From Macrostomum lignano (lineage: Eukaryota): DNA of 64,000 nt. The position numbers were made by a program, and so were the translations under genes. Positions 52,937 through 63,301 of the stretch are shown piece by piece. Within the stretch, counting starts at the first letter, position 1; every line of letters starts with the position of its first letter. The stretch spans positions 1 to 64,000 of the forward strand of contig NIVC01003722.1 in NCBI GenBank assembly GCA_002269645.1, given 5' to 3'. Under the pieces are notes generated by a model. That model searched no databases. It was not told the origin of the DNA and saw only the letters and a list, made by a program, of their open reading frames with translations.

Positions 52937-55900
52937 ATGCCTTCAATAGCGGCCAACAGGGACTCAAACTATGCGTCCATTGATTTTCACTATGGCGAGA
53001 ATAGCGACGGCTACGGCGACACTCGCGGCTGTTGCTCGTCCCTGCGCCAGATCACCTGGGCAAGCCTTCGGCAAGAGATTCAACTGCTGCTCAAGATTGG
53101 CTGGCCTGTGGTGAGTCGGGAGGGGGGTCTTCTTTGATAGTTGAGCTTGCTAGGTAGGACTGTGAAGGCTTTGCAAATTTTCTACATCAAACAGACCCTA
53201 AATTTCAAAAACTTGGGGGGGGGGGTTCCAGGACATCACTGTACTTTTTCTGTGAACACACGCTGCTTCGTCATAAATTATATTCTATCATAAAGAGAAA
53301 TCAATTCTGGAAAAATAGAAATAAACAGACTTACTTTCACACGCAACCTTTATAATGGCATGATTAATAATTTCTGCCTTCGAAACAATGCACACCGTTT
53401 GCTAATGTAGAGTCTGTGCTTAAATCTTGTTCATGTCGCCACCAATGAGTCATCGATCATTGCTCTGACAAGTCGCTTACATTTTCTGACTGAGCTGACA
53501 TTCCCTATTGTGTAACAGTTCATGCTGTCAAATTTTAATTTATCTTTTTTTCAGATTGTAACCAATTTTTTAAACTTTGTCATCCTCTCCGAGAGTGTGA
53601 TGATGTGCGGTCACCTCACGAAGGACGAACTTGATGGGGCTGCACTGGCCAATAGTGTAAGCTGTGGCTGGGACTGGCGTGGCCTCGTGGGGCCAATCAG
53701 ATGGAACTGGGCGTGGGGGCTCTGAGGGGGAGGGGGCGATCATTTAAGGTGGGACTCTGTTCAGGTAAGTTCGAGGATCGGAAAGAAGCGGAGAGACAGA
53801 TTTGTCTAAGAATGAGGGACCTTAGAGGCATGCAGATTCTCAATAATAATGAGGCAGATTCTCAATGGTAGTGAGGCAGATTCTCAATAATAATAAGGCA
53901 GATTCTCAATGGTAGTGAGGCAGATTCTCAATAATAATAAGGCAGATTCTCAATGGTAGTGAGGCAGATTCCCAATAAAACTGAGGCGTATTTTTAATGG
54001 TGGTGAGGCAGATTCTCAATAATAATGAGGCAGATTCTCAATAATAATGAGGCAGATTCTCAATAATAATGAGGCAGATTCTCAATAATAATGAGGCAGA
54101 TTCTCAATAATAATGAGGCAGATTCTCAATAATAATGAGGCAGATTCTCAATAAAAGTGAGGCAGATTCTCAATAAAAGTGAGGCAGATTCTCAATAATA
54201 ATGAGGCAGATTCTCAATAAAAGTGAGGCAGATTCTCAATAAAAGTGAGGCAGATTCTCAATAAAAGTGAGGCAGATTCTCAATAATAATGAGGCAGATT
54301 CTCAATAATAATGAGGCAGATTCTCAATAATAATGAGGCAGATTCTCAATAAAAGTGAGGCAGATTCTCAATAAAAGTGAGGCAGATTCTCAATAATAAT
54401 GAGGCAGATTCTCAATAATAATGAGGCAGATTCTCAATAATAATGAGGCAGATTCTCAATAAAAGTGAGGCAGATTCTCAATAATAATGAGGCAGATTCT
54501 CAATAATAATAAGGCAGATTCTCAATGGTAGTGAGGCAGATTCCCAATAAAACTGAGGCGTATTTTTAATGGTGGTGAGGCAGATTCTCAATAATAATGA
54601 GGCAGATTCTCAATAATAATAAGGCAGATTCTCAATGGTAGTGAGGCAGATTCCCAATAAAACTGAGGCGTATTTTTAATGGTGGTGAGGCAGATTCTCA
54701 ATAATAATGAGGCAGATTCTCAATAATAATGAGGCAGATTCTCAATAATAATGAGGCAGATTCTCAATAATAATGAGGCAGATTCTCAATAATAATGAGG
54801 CAGATTCTCAATAATAATGAGGCAGATTCTCAATAATAATGAGGCAGATTCTCAATAATAATGAGGCAGATTCTCAATAATAATGAGGCAGATTCTCAAT
54901 AATAATGAGGCAGATTCTCAATAAAAGTGAGGCAGATTCTCAATAAAAGTGAGGCAGATTCTCAATAAAAGTGAGGCAGATTCTCAATAAAAGTGAGGCA
55001 GATTCTCAAGCGGGCGGAGAGGCAGATTCTTAAGGACGGAGAGGCAGATTCTTAAGGACGGAGAGGCAGATTCTTAAGGGCGGAGAGGCAGATTCTTAAG
55101 AACGAAGAGACAGATTCTTAAGGACGGAGAGGCAGATTCTTAAGGGCGGAGAGGCAGATTCTCAAGCGGGCGGAGAGGCAGATTCTCAAGCGGGCGGAGA
55201 GGCAGATTCTTAAGGACGGAGAGGCAGATTCTTAAGGACGGAGAGGCAGATTCTTAAGGGCGGAGAGGCAGATTCTTAAGGACGGAGAGGCAGATTCTCA
55301 TGGGCGGAGAGGCAGATTCTCATGGGCGGAGAGGCAGATTCTCATGGGCGGAGAGGCAGATCAGAAAGCGAACAATTAAGATGCCATACCTCAGAACGAT
55401 CGCTGCCTTGAAAGCATCGAATTCCCACCCACTGTACAGCTGATCAACGCCCTGGGGCTCAGCATCGGCGTCGGCCTGTGCACCGGATGCGACACCCTGT
55501 TCTCGCAGTCCTACGGCAGCGTCAACAAGAGGCGGATGGGCACCTACCTGCTGCAGAGTGAGTGGAATTCTTGTGAGGTATTAATCTACTGGAGTAAGCA
55601 AATTGATATTAAAGTTCACAAGATCCTTCAAGAAAGATATTGTAAATAAGAAAACCGTAATAAAAGATAAAATTAGATAACTCAATTATAAAACAGTAAC
55701 TGTTCAGCCTTCAAAAGTTTTCTAAGAAACAAGTGTTTCGCCCATCTATTTTTTTCATCCTTGATAATAACTTTATCAAGTCTGGCGCTCCGACTGACGA
55801 AATTAAATGCCGCAATAAAACCCCAGGTCTGATGATAATTGGCCTGTTTCCGTTTCTGATCTGGGCGGTGCACATCAACATCCTGCCGATACTGCTGGCG

Positions 55901-56443
55901 CTTGGCCAGCTGCCCAACGTGTCTCTGTGAGAATCTGCGCGATAATACTGAGTTTTATCGAGTGTCAGGGAGTGAGGATGGTGTGAGAGTCAGGGAGTGT
56001 GGATGGTGTGAGAGTCAGGGGTTGAGGGTGGCATGAGAGTCAGGAGGTGAGGGTGGCATGAGAGTCAGGGGGTGAGGGTGGCATGAGAGTCCGGGGTGAG
56101 GGTGGCATGAGAGTCAGAGAGTGAGATGGGATAAGAGTCAGAGAGTGAGGTGGCATGACAGTCAGTAAGTGAGGTAGGATGAGAGTCAGGGAGTGAGGTG
56201 TGAAGCGTGAGAGTCAGTGAGTGAGGTAGGATGAGAGTCAGGGTGTGAGGCGGGTGGCATGAGAGTCAGTAAGTGAGGTAGGATGAGAGTCAGGGAGTGA
56301 GGTATGAAGCGTGAGAGTCAGTGAGTGAGGTGGGGTGAGAGTCAGTGAGTGAGAGTTATCAAGCCGCTCACCTCATTGCCACAACGCACTGGCATTTCAG
56401 CCTGGCAGCCGAGTACATGCTGTGGTTCTCACCAGGGGTCATA
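52937..56443 (+). CDS. MATE-family (SLC47A-like) multidrug and toxin extrusion transporter, 5' partial; continues beyond the window
   Basis: Exons 52937-53110, 53555-53656, 55440-55557, 55827-55926, 56401-56443, in phase. LRQEIQLLLKIGWPV, MCGHLTKDELDGAALANS, GLCTGCDTLFSQSYG and GTYLLQ match MATE N-terminal motifs. Confidence 0.9.
53830..55360. repeat. 22-bp composite minisatellite with GAGGCAGATTCT core in MATE intron 2
   Basis: AT-rich linker (caataataat) up to ~55008, GC-rich linker (taaggacgga) after it. Confidence 0.95.
55965..56350. repeat. G-rich minisatellite (GGTGGCATGAGAGTCAGG...) in MATE intron 4
   Basis: Same unit family as 49392-50630. Confidence 0.85.
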
Positions 56444-56754
56444 GTAAGTGACCAGATTCCTACAGTTGCCGCTCAGACTTGGCGGGCACAAAGACCAATG
56501 TCGTTATTGTTATTGTTCATAATAATTCCAGTTCAACTTTTTCTACCTGATCCTGGCTCGGTACTTGCAAAATCAGGACCGAGTCTACGCGCCAATGCTC
56601 TGCGCAGTGGCTGGCAACGTTTTCAATTTGATCTCGCAGTACCTCTGCATCTACGTGTGGAACTTCGGCTTCGTGTGAGTCGTCAGTTTTCATAGGTTTT
56701 CAGTTTTTGGCGTCGTTCGGTGCGTTTTGCTCGAGCGCTTACCTCCCCCAGCCA

Positions 56755-57544
56755 TGGACGCTCACCCTATGGATACTTACTCCCGAGTCAAAGACACTCA
56801 CCCTATGGATACTTACTCCCGAGTCAAAGACACTCACCCTATGGATACTTACTCCCGAGTCAAAGACACTCACCCTATGGATACTTACTCCCGAGTCAAA
56901 GACACTCACCCTATGGATACTTACTCCCGAGTCAAAGACACTCACCCTATGGATACTTACTCCCGAGTCAAAGACACTCACCCTATGGATACTTACTCCC
57001 GAGTCAAAGACACTCACCCTATGGATACTTACTCCCGAGTCAAAGACACTCACCCTATGGATACTTACTCCCGAGTCAAAGACACTCACCCTATGGATAC
57101 TTACTCCCGAGTCAAAGACACTCACCCTATGGATACTTACTCCCGAGTCAAAGACACTCACCCTATGGATACTTACTCCCGAGTCAAAGACACTCACCCT
57201 ATGGACGCACCCCCCCGAGGCGACTCGAGTCAAGGACACTCACCCTATGGACGCACCCCCCCCCGAGCGACTCAAGTCAAGGACACTCACCCTATGGACG
57301 CACCCCCCAAGCGACTCGAGTCAAGGACACTTACCCGATGGACACTTACCCCTTCCCCCGAGTCAAGGACACTCACGCTATGGACAGACCCCCTGAGTCA
57401 AGGACACTCGCACTATGGACACACCCCCGAGTCAAAAGCACTCACCCTATGGACACACCCCTGAGTCAAGGATACTCATCCTATGGATACACCCCCGAGC
57501 GACTCGAGTCAAGAACACCCCAGAGTCATCCCAGAGTCAAGGAC
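56755..57544. repeat. 36-bp minisatellite (CACTCACCCTATGGATACTTACTCCCGAGTCAAAGA)n plus variant units; resumes at 63304-~63800 after the retroelement
   Basis: About 12 perfect units, then degenerate units; 57145-57544 is identical to 63304-63703. Confidence 0.95.
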
Positions 57545-57656
57545 TTGACTTACTTTGACTTAGCTGCAGGGTGGTCCGTAGACACAGCGGGGAGGCGAGG
57601 GTCGCCCATTCCGCTAGCCCCTGAAGGCCCGCAGACAGGCAGAGGCGTGGGGCCGG

Positions 57657-60600
57657 TCAGGGTGGTCCGCCGGTCCGTCCTGCAGCGTGATCTTCCGTTG
57701 GGAAGAAACTGGCTCGTCTAGTCGCCCGAAGGAACTGGATGAGCCGTGGGATGCTGTCGGGCTGGCAAACCTCGTCAATGGACGGGTTCGGCCCGAGGTA
57801 GCGTAGCCGGTCTCTGTTAAAGAAAGGGCAGTGACAGACAAAGTGCTGAGCATCTTCATTGTCGCACTCGCAAAAGGGGCAAATTTCGCTCTCGAGGTCG
57901 CCTCGGAGGAAGCAGTGCCTGGCGAGGTAGCCATGGCCGGTAAGGGTCATGACAAGGGCTCGAATATCCTTCCGATTCTGGTTCAGAAGGATGTTTCTGA
58001 GCCTGTGAGACGGGCAAGGAACCGCGGCACGAGATTGCCGGCAGTTTTGGGTGCCCGCCCATCTGTCCCTGTGGAGGGAGTCAGCCCAGTCGTCGATCTG
58101 ACGATTGATGACTGTCAAGGGCATAGGGACCAGGGGGGCAGGGCCGAAAAAAGAGCCAGAGCCGCCCCTCTTGGCGAGGGTGTCTGCCAGCTCGTTCCCC
58201 GGAAACCCTGCGTGCCCTGGGATCCACTTCAGCCTGACAGTATTGCTTCTGGCCAGGAGGTTGAGCTGCCGGGCGCAGTCGGCGACTGTCCGGGAGTTCG
58301 TTGTGGTGTGGCAAAGGGCCTGTAAGGCCGCTTGGCTGTCGGAGTGGATGACAATAGTCTTTCCTCTCGTAACCTTGGCGTTTAGCTCTGCAGCGCAAGA
58401 GCTGATGGCAAGGACTTCGTTCTGGAAGACTGTGGAGAGTCTACCAGTGTGCTGGGCATGCGTGGCAATTACGCGGCCGTTGATGATGATGCAGACCCCA
58501 AAGCCGGCGCGACCGTCTTTGATGGATCCGTCCGTGTAGCAATGGACCTCCTGGAAATTCCAGTGGTCATTGGCAGCATCCCTAGAGGGGATGGTGACCT
58601 TGTAGCGCTGAAAGAGGTTGAGAGTGCGGGGTTCGCCGTCAGATAGGACGTGGAGCCCGCCGCTGTCTCTCAAGTCCTTGAGGCAGAGGTCAGCGTGGGG
58701 CAGAAGCTTGCGCTTAGCCATGGCCCTATGGGGCTGGATTCGAATGCCAGCGTCAGCTAGACGGCGGGCAGTCTTAGCCGCTTCCCTGCGGACAAAGATG
58801 TCCAGCGGAGGAATGTTGAGGAAGGCGTTGAGGCCATCGTAAGGAGCAGACGGAGGGGCGCTCATGATCGTGCGACAAGCGCGCCCTTGCGCTCTCCTGA
58901 GAGCCTCTAGACAGGTCTTTATCTGCAGGGCGCTAGCCCAGATCAGGCCGCCATACGAGATAGCGGGCCTAACCATTGCAGTGTAGATCCACCAGAGGCG
59001 CTTGGGGGTGAGCCCCCAGGTGGTGCCGACGGCCCTGCGCAATTGCGCGAGGACTGCGAAGGCCTTTTTGGCTTTTGTTTGAACGTGGGGAGACCAGTTC
59101 AGCCTGTGGTCCAGGGTAATACCCAGACATTTAGTCTGCTTGCAGAAGGGGATTTCCCTTCCGTAAAGCGTGAGCGGCCGAATCTGCCACTTGGTCCTGC
59201 TGGTGAACATGATCGCTGCGGTCTTAGTCTCAGAGAGCCTTAAACCACAGCGGTCCGCCCATTGCTCAGCAGCGTAGATGAAGTTCTGAAGAAGGTCCCT
59301 GAGGGTATCAGGGGACGGACCAGATGCCACCGCGGTGACATCGTCCGCATATCCAACTTTCAGAATGGGGTCAGGCCGAACATCCCGGAGGAGCTCATCG
59401 ATGACCATATTCCAGAGAACTGGAGACAGCACCCCACCTTGCGGGCTACCTTTGCAGACGGGGACCGTCCTCTGGTAGCCCAGCAGACTGGCGGTGGCCG
59501 TGCGATGGCTGATCATGTACATGATCCATCTGGTGAGATGTGAGTGCGTTAGCCTCTCACAAAGAGCTCTTCGGAACGCCTCAAAGAGGACGTTATCGAA
59601 GGCGCCAATGATGTCCAGGAAGATCCCCAGAGCAAAGCCACTACCAAGCACGGCCTTCTCGAGTTTATCGACCAGGACGTGCAGCGCGCTTTCAGTGGAG
59701 CGACCCGCCCGAAAAGCGTGCTGGTTCTCGCTGAGAGGTTTGTTCTTCAGCTCAACAGAGAGAAGGCGCCAAAGCACCAGTCTCTCCATCAGCTTGACCA
59801 GGGAGGAGGTCAAGCTGATCGGTCTGAAGGATTTGATAGAATGGTAGTCCGGGCGGCCTGGCTTAGGGATAAAGATCACCTTTGCCTCGGTCCATGCCTG
59901 CGGGACATAACCAAGCGTGATGCATGCCCGAAGAAGGCTGCAAAGTTTGCGCAGGAAGCCTGGGCATTTAACCGCCTCTCTCAGAAGGGCCGGTACAATG
60001 CCGTCGGGTCCTGGGGCTTTGAAAGGCTTGAAGGAATTTGCCGCTCTCACAATGCGGTCCTCCGTGATGATAGATGCAGCCAGCGCGTGACCTCCCTCCG
60101 AGTGATCCGGAGTGGTCTGGTTAGCTGGCTCGTTAGGGAAAAACGCAGTGAGCATTACATCAAGCGTTTCCCCTGGGTTGTCCGTGGACGTACCGTCGGT
60201 GCGTTTGACCGAGGAGAGCTTAGACATTTTGTCCAGCGTGAGCGCTTTCACAACTCTGGAGGTGGGGCGTGAGCCCTCTAGCTCCTCACAGTATTGTCGC
60301 CATTTTTGAGCCTTTGCATTCCTAACCTGCCTTTTAAACTCATGAATTGCTTCATGATAGGCGGTTTGGTCTGCAGGGCTCTTAGTTTTAGTTGCTCTGC
60401 GGTGGAGTCTCTTAGCCCTGCGACGGAGGTTGCCGAGCTCGGGATTCCACCACGGCGCCGATTTTTTCCCTTTATAGGCTTTTAAAGGGCAGGACGCCTC
60501 AAAGGCGGCGGTTAGCGTCTCTGTCAAAACAGTCGCGCACTCATCCGCCTCTCGGCACGACGTGATCGTGAATGGTTGGCCAGGAGACCGATGGAATTCC

Positions 60601-61367
60601 TTCAGGGCGAGCCCGAAGGTTTCCCAATCAGTATTTCTGGCGTTCCGTCTCCACATAACACGAGTTGCGCTACGCGCGGCCATTAGGTTGAAGGAGATGA
60701 ACTTGTGATCCGATAGTGAGGACACTGGAAGCACCCGCCACGCCCCAATACTCTGGTAGAGTCTGGGCGTTGCGAGCGTAGCGTCGATCACCTCCGACCA
60801 CCGTCCGTTGTCAAAGGTAGGGGTGGACCCAGAGTTGCAGAACTCGAGGGTCGTAGAGGCAACGTAGGCTAGGAGGTCTTCGCCTCTCTGATTAATGCCA
60901 GTGCTGCCCCAGTGAGTGTGGTGGGCGTTGATGTCGCCGGCAACCATGAGCTCGTAGTTTTTGGCAGAGCAGAGCTCTACCAGCGTAGCGAGGGCTCTGG
61001 GGACGACCGCAGCATCGCCTGGTAGGTAAACCGAGGCAATGAGGGTGGTCTTCCCAGGAAGAAGGTCCTCGGATTGGATGACGCAGATGTCCCTGTTGGA
61101 CAGGTCCGATCTGAGCCACGCACTGAGCGTTTTGCTCGCAAAGATGCAAGCTCTGGGAGGCTGGTTGGCCTCGCGAGGGTAAGTATAAAAACAATTGTAG
61201 CCAGCAGGGGCGTTTTGAGGCTTACCTCTGAGAGTCCAGGGTTCCTGGACGAGGATGAGCCCCGGCTTGTCGAGCTCGGCGTAACGCATAAGGTTGACCG
61301 AGGCTGCGACGCAGTGCTGCAGATTAATCTGCAGGCAATGGATTCCCTGGTTGCTGATCATTATCAC
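57657..61367 (-). CDS. Retrotransposon ORF2: APE endonuclease, reverse transcriptase, RNase H and CCHC tail, ~1234 aa
   Basis: QINLQH, QEPW, GDINAHH, SDH (APE); KAPGPDG, RPISL, QHAFR, LDIIGAFD, PQGGVLSP, YADD, LGITLD (RT); YTDGS, SDSQAAL, WIPGH...GNELAD (RNase H); CPFC..EDAQHFVCHC. First ATG at 61361; no internal stops. Confidence 0.97.
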   Translation of the reverse strand: MIMISNQGIHCLQINLQHCVAASVNLMRYAELDKPGLILVQEPWTLRGKPQNAPAGYNCFYTYPREANQPPRACIFASKTLSAWLRSDLSNRDICVIQSEDLLPGKTTLIASVYLPGDAAVVPRALATLVELCSAKNYELMVAGDINAHHTHWGSTGINQRGEDLLAYVASTTLEFCNSGSTPTFDNGRWSEVIDATLATPRLYQSIGAWRVLPVSSLSDHKFISFNLMAARSATRVMWRRNARNTDWETFGLALKEFHRSPGQPFTITSCREADECATVLTETLTAAFEASCPLKAYKGKKSAPWWNPELGNLRRRAKRLHRRATKTKSPADQTAYHEAIHEFKRQVRNAKAQKWRQYCEELEGSRPTSRVVKALTLDKMSKLSSVKRTDGTSTDNPGETLDVMLTAFFPNEPANQTTPDHSEGGHALAASIITEDRIVRAANSFKPFKAPGPDGIVPALLREAVKCPGFLRKLCSLLRACITLGYVPQAWTEAKVIFIPKPGRPDYHSIKSFRPISLTSSLVKLMERLVLWRLLSVELKNKPLSENQHAFRAGRSTESALHVLVDKLEKAVLGSGFALGIFLDIIGAFDNVLFEAFRRALCERLTHSHLTRWIMYMISHRTATASLLGYQRTVPVCKGSPQGGVLSPVLWNMVIDELLRDVRPDPILKVGYADDVTAVASGPSPDTLRDLLQNFIYAAEQWADRCGLRLSETKTAAIMFTSRTKWQIRPLTLYGREIPFCKQTKCLGITLDHRLNWSPHVQTKAKKAFAVLAQLRRAVGTTWGLTPKRLWWIYTAMVRPAISYGGLIWASALQIKTCLEALRRAQGRACRTIMSAPPSAPYDGLNAFLNIPPLDIFVRREAAKTARRLADAGIRIQPHRAMAKRKLLPHADLCLKDLRDSGGLHVLSDGEPRTLNLFQRYKVTIPSRDAANDHWNFQEVHCYTDGSIKDGRAGFGVCIIINGRVIATHAQHTGRLSTVFQNEVLAISSCAAELNAKVTRGKTIVIHSDSQAALQALCHTTTNSRTVADCARQLNLLARSNTVRLKWIPGHAGFPGNELADTLAKRGGSGSFFGPAPLVPMPLTVINRQIDDWADSLHRDRWAGTQNCRQSRAAVPCPSHRLRNILLNQNRKDIRALVMTLTGHGYLARHCFLRGDLESEICPFCECDNEDAQHFVCHCPFFNRDRLRYLGPNPSIDEVCQPDSIPRLIQFLRATRRASFFPTEDHAAGRTGGPP

Positions 61368-62829
61368 GCAGTTGGGGAATCGTTGAGCAGGTCATCCTCC
61401 TCCTTTTCAGTGGTGGGTGACCCGCAGACCTCCATGGGAGTTTCAGCGTCCTCAGCAGTTAGGGTGGCTGTGGAGTCCTCCGCGGACGTGAGCCCAGCGT
61501 GGACGTTACCGTCGCCTCTCCTGCGTGCTTCGGTGCTGTCACTGCCCGTCCCCTCTGCCTCGTCGGTCAGGTCGATGCGGGTGGCGCCAGCCTCCTGGTG
61601 AGTCACAGACTCGAACCAGTCGGTCGGAGCCTCCCCGCTTAGAGTCTGGCCTTCTGGCTGTTGGGGTGGAGCGCGAGAAGCGCGGGCCCGCTCACGATGC
61701 GCACGAAGGTTCTTGGCCTGGTCCAGCGCGCGCTGGATCAGGCCGGACCTCCGGGTGCTCCTGGCGGGTCTGCGATTGCGATTTCCGGTTTCAGCAGCGC
61801 GAACTGCCTTACCGGGCATAGGATCGGCCGTTTGCCTCGGCTTCTTTGCCGGAGGAGCCTGGGCCCCAGTTCCGGTTTCGGAAGCTTTGGCATTCTTGGC
61901 TTCATCAGCTTTCCGCTCCTCGCAACGGAGGATGGTCAGCTGAGTCAGACCAATATGAATTGTGGACTTAGGCGGCAAGCGCTTAGCCCAGTCATCAGAG
62001 AGCCCTAGGATCACCGTAGCCCCCTTCTCCTTGCGGGAAGTGGCGTGGTGTAGGAGCCCGTTGACCTTAAGGTCGGGGTGCAGCTTTAGCAATATTTGCC
62101 TAAGCTGATCTCCGGACTTAATGGCACTGCCGGCCGGGATCCAGACGCGAAAGCGCTGGGTCTTCTGTCGTTCGCCCTCGCTGGCGAAGACGAGCTTGCC
62201 GAGCTTCTTGGGCCAGTTCAGCTTTGGCAGAAGCTCGCGTAGATTGCGGCTGCTCTCCTCCGAGCTGCACCAGATGAAGATGCAGCCGTCGGTCTTGGCA
62301 GACTTGACCACGCTCACAGGGCGGCCCGCCAGGAGCTGGTCGATGAGCGCAGCATCGATGGTGCGCCAGGCACTGTCGAGCTCGTCGGCCGTGAGGTCCT
62401 GCTCTTCCCCGAAGACGATGACCGCCGGTTGGAGCTTGACCTTTGAGGCGTAGTTGGTGGCGGCGGTTCCCGAAGGCCCGGCCGCGCTTGTAGCAGGTAT
62501 ACTGGGTGGCTCACCAGCGGGGGTTGTATCCTGGGGGCAGGGGTTGCTGTGGTTCCTTTCGGCCCAACAGCAGCCTCGCCCTCCCTAGGTTCCCCTTCCG
62601 CCGGTGGCCGGCCCGCAGTACCCCGTAGTCGCCGTCGCCGCTCGTTGCGGCGTTGGTTGCGGGTGCGTCGGGCTTCAGCGGAGGGCCCGGTTGCGCGTGC
62701 GGGCATGTCACCAGCCGAGCCGGCGGCAAGCCCATCTGCCCCCGGTGGGGCGGCGCTGGTGCCAGAGTCACCGGCCGGAGTTGCCGGGGCCCCGGCTTCA
62801 GCGGGGGTTAAAGAGGCGGATGACGCCAT
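61364..62829 (-). CDS. Retrotransposon ORF1 (~488 aa), split by a 1-nt frameshift at the G5 run 62533-62537
   Basis: ORF 62314..62829 and the upstream extension of ORF 61364..62317 fuse if one C is added (PAP|QDTTPAGEPP...AWRTIDAALIDQLLAGRPVSVVKSAK). Confidence 0.8.
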
Positions 62830-63049
62830 AGCTGAAAGCGGGAAGGAGTGAGCTGAGTCACAAAAGAAAGAGGAAAGAAGAAAAAGAAAAGGACCGCTAG
62901 CGACCGGACAACCCCCCGGCCTTCCAGCCCATCGGCACGGTCAAACACCTTAGGCATTAGGGGTACGTTAAGCAGTACCACGGCCTGCAGGCTGGCAAGC
63001 CAGACCCGCATACCCAAATTCGGCCGAAGCCACTGGATGGGTCGCCAGC

Positions 63050-63301
63050 GTCGGAGCCCAGTCTGTCCAGCAGCCCTAGGGTCTGCCTTGAACACACGCG
63101 GGGACGAGTACCCTGGGTCGACTTGTGAAACAGCGTGAGGGGGGGGGGTCTGCGGCTGCCAGTGGCAAATAGCGGGTGCAGACCTCCCTCTCCAGCCTTG
63201 ACCTGCTGAATATAGGGGCAGGCGTGAAGCATCGCAGACCGTAGCCCTTAGGCCTGGTCTGTCTCATACTTCACTGGCGTGCTGAATACACCTTCGCGTG
63301 C
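63050..63301 (-). ncRNA. Putative HDV-like self-cleaving ribozyme at the retrotransposon 5' end
   Basis: P1 GCACGCG (63301-63295) / CGCGUGU (63100-63094) with G1-U wobble; P2 GUCG-A-CCCA / UGGG-CUC-CGAC; P3 GGG/CCC; L3 UACUCGU; P1.1 AC/GU; P4 hairpin; J4/2 CAGAC carrying the candidate catalytic C. Folded by eye, not computed. Confidence 0.75.

Noticed and set aside
57145-57544. 400-bp flanking repeats as LTRs
   Set aside because: They are made of host minisatellite units continuous with the array, with no TG...CA ends or PBS/PPT; the enzyme content (APE, no integrase or protease) is non-LTR.
57590-57615. GCGGAATGGGC shared by the LINE 3'UTR and SINE copy 1 (possible LINE-SINE partnership)
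   Set aside because: Only an 11-bp match, not at the SINE terminus and not conserved in copy 2.
57831-62851. Plus-strand and alternate-frame ORFs over the retrotransposon
   Set aside because: Antisense shadows of GC-rich ORF1/ORF2 with no recognisable motifs.
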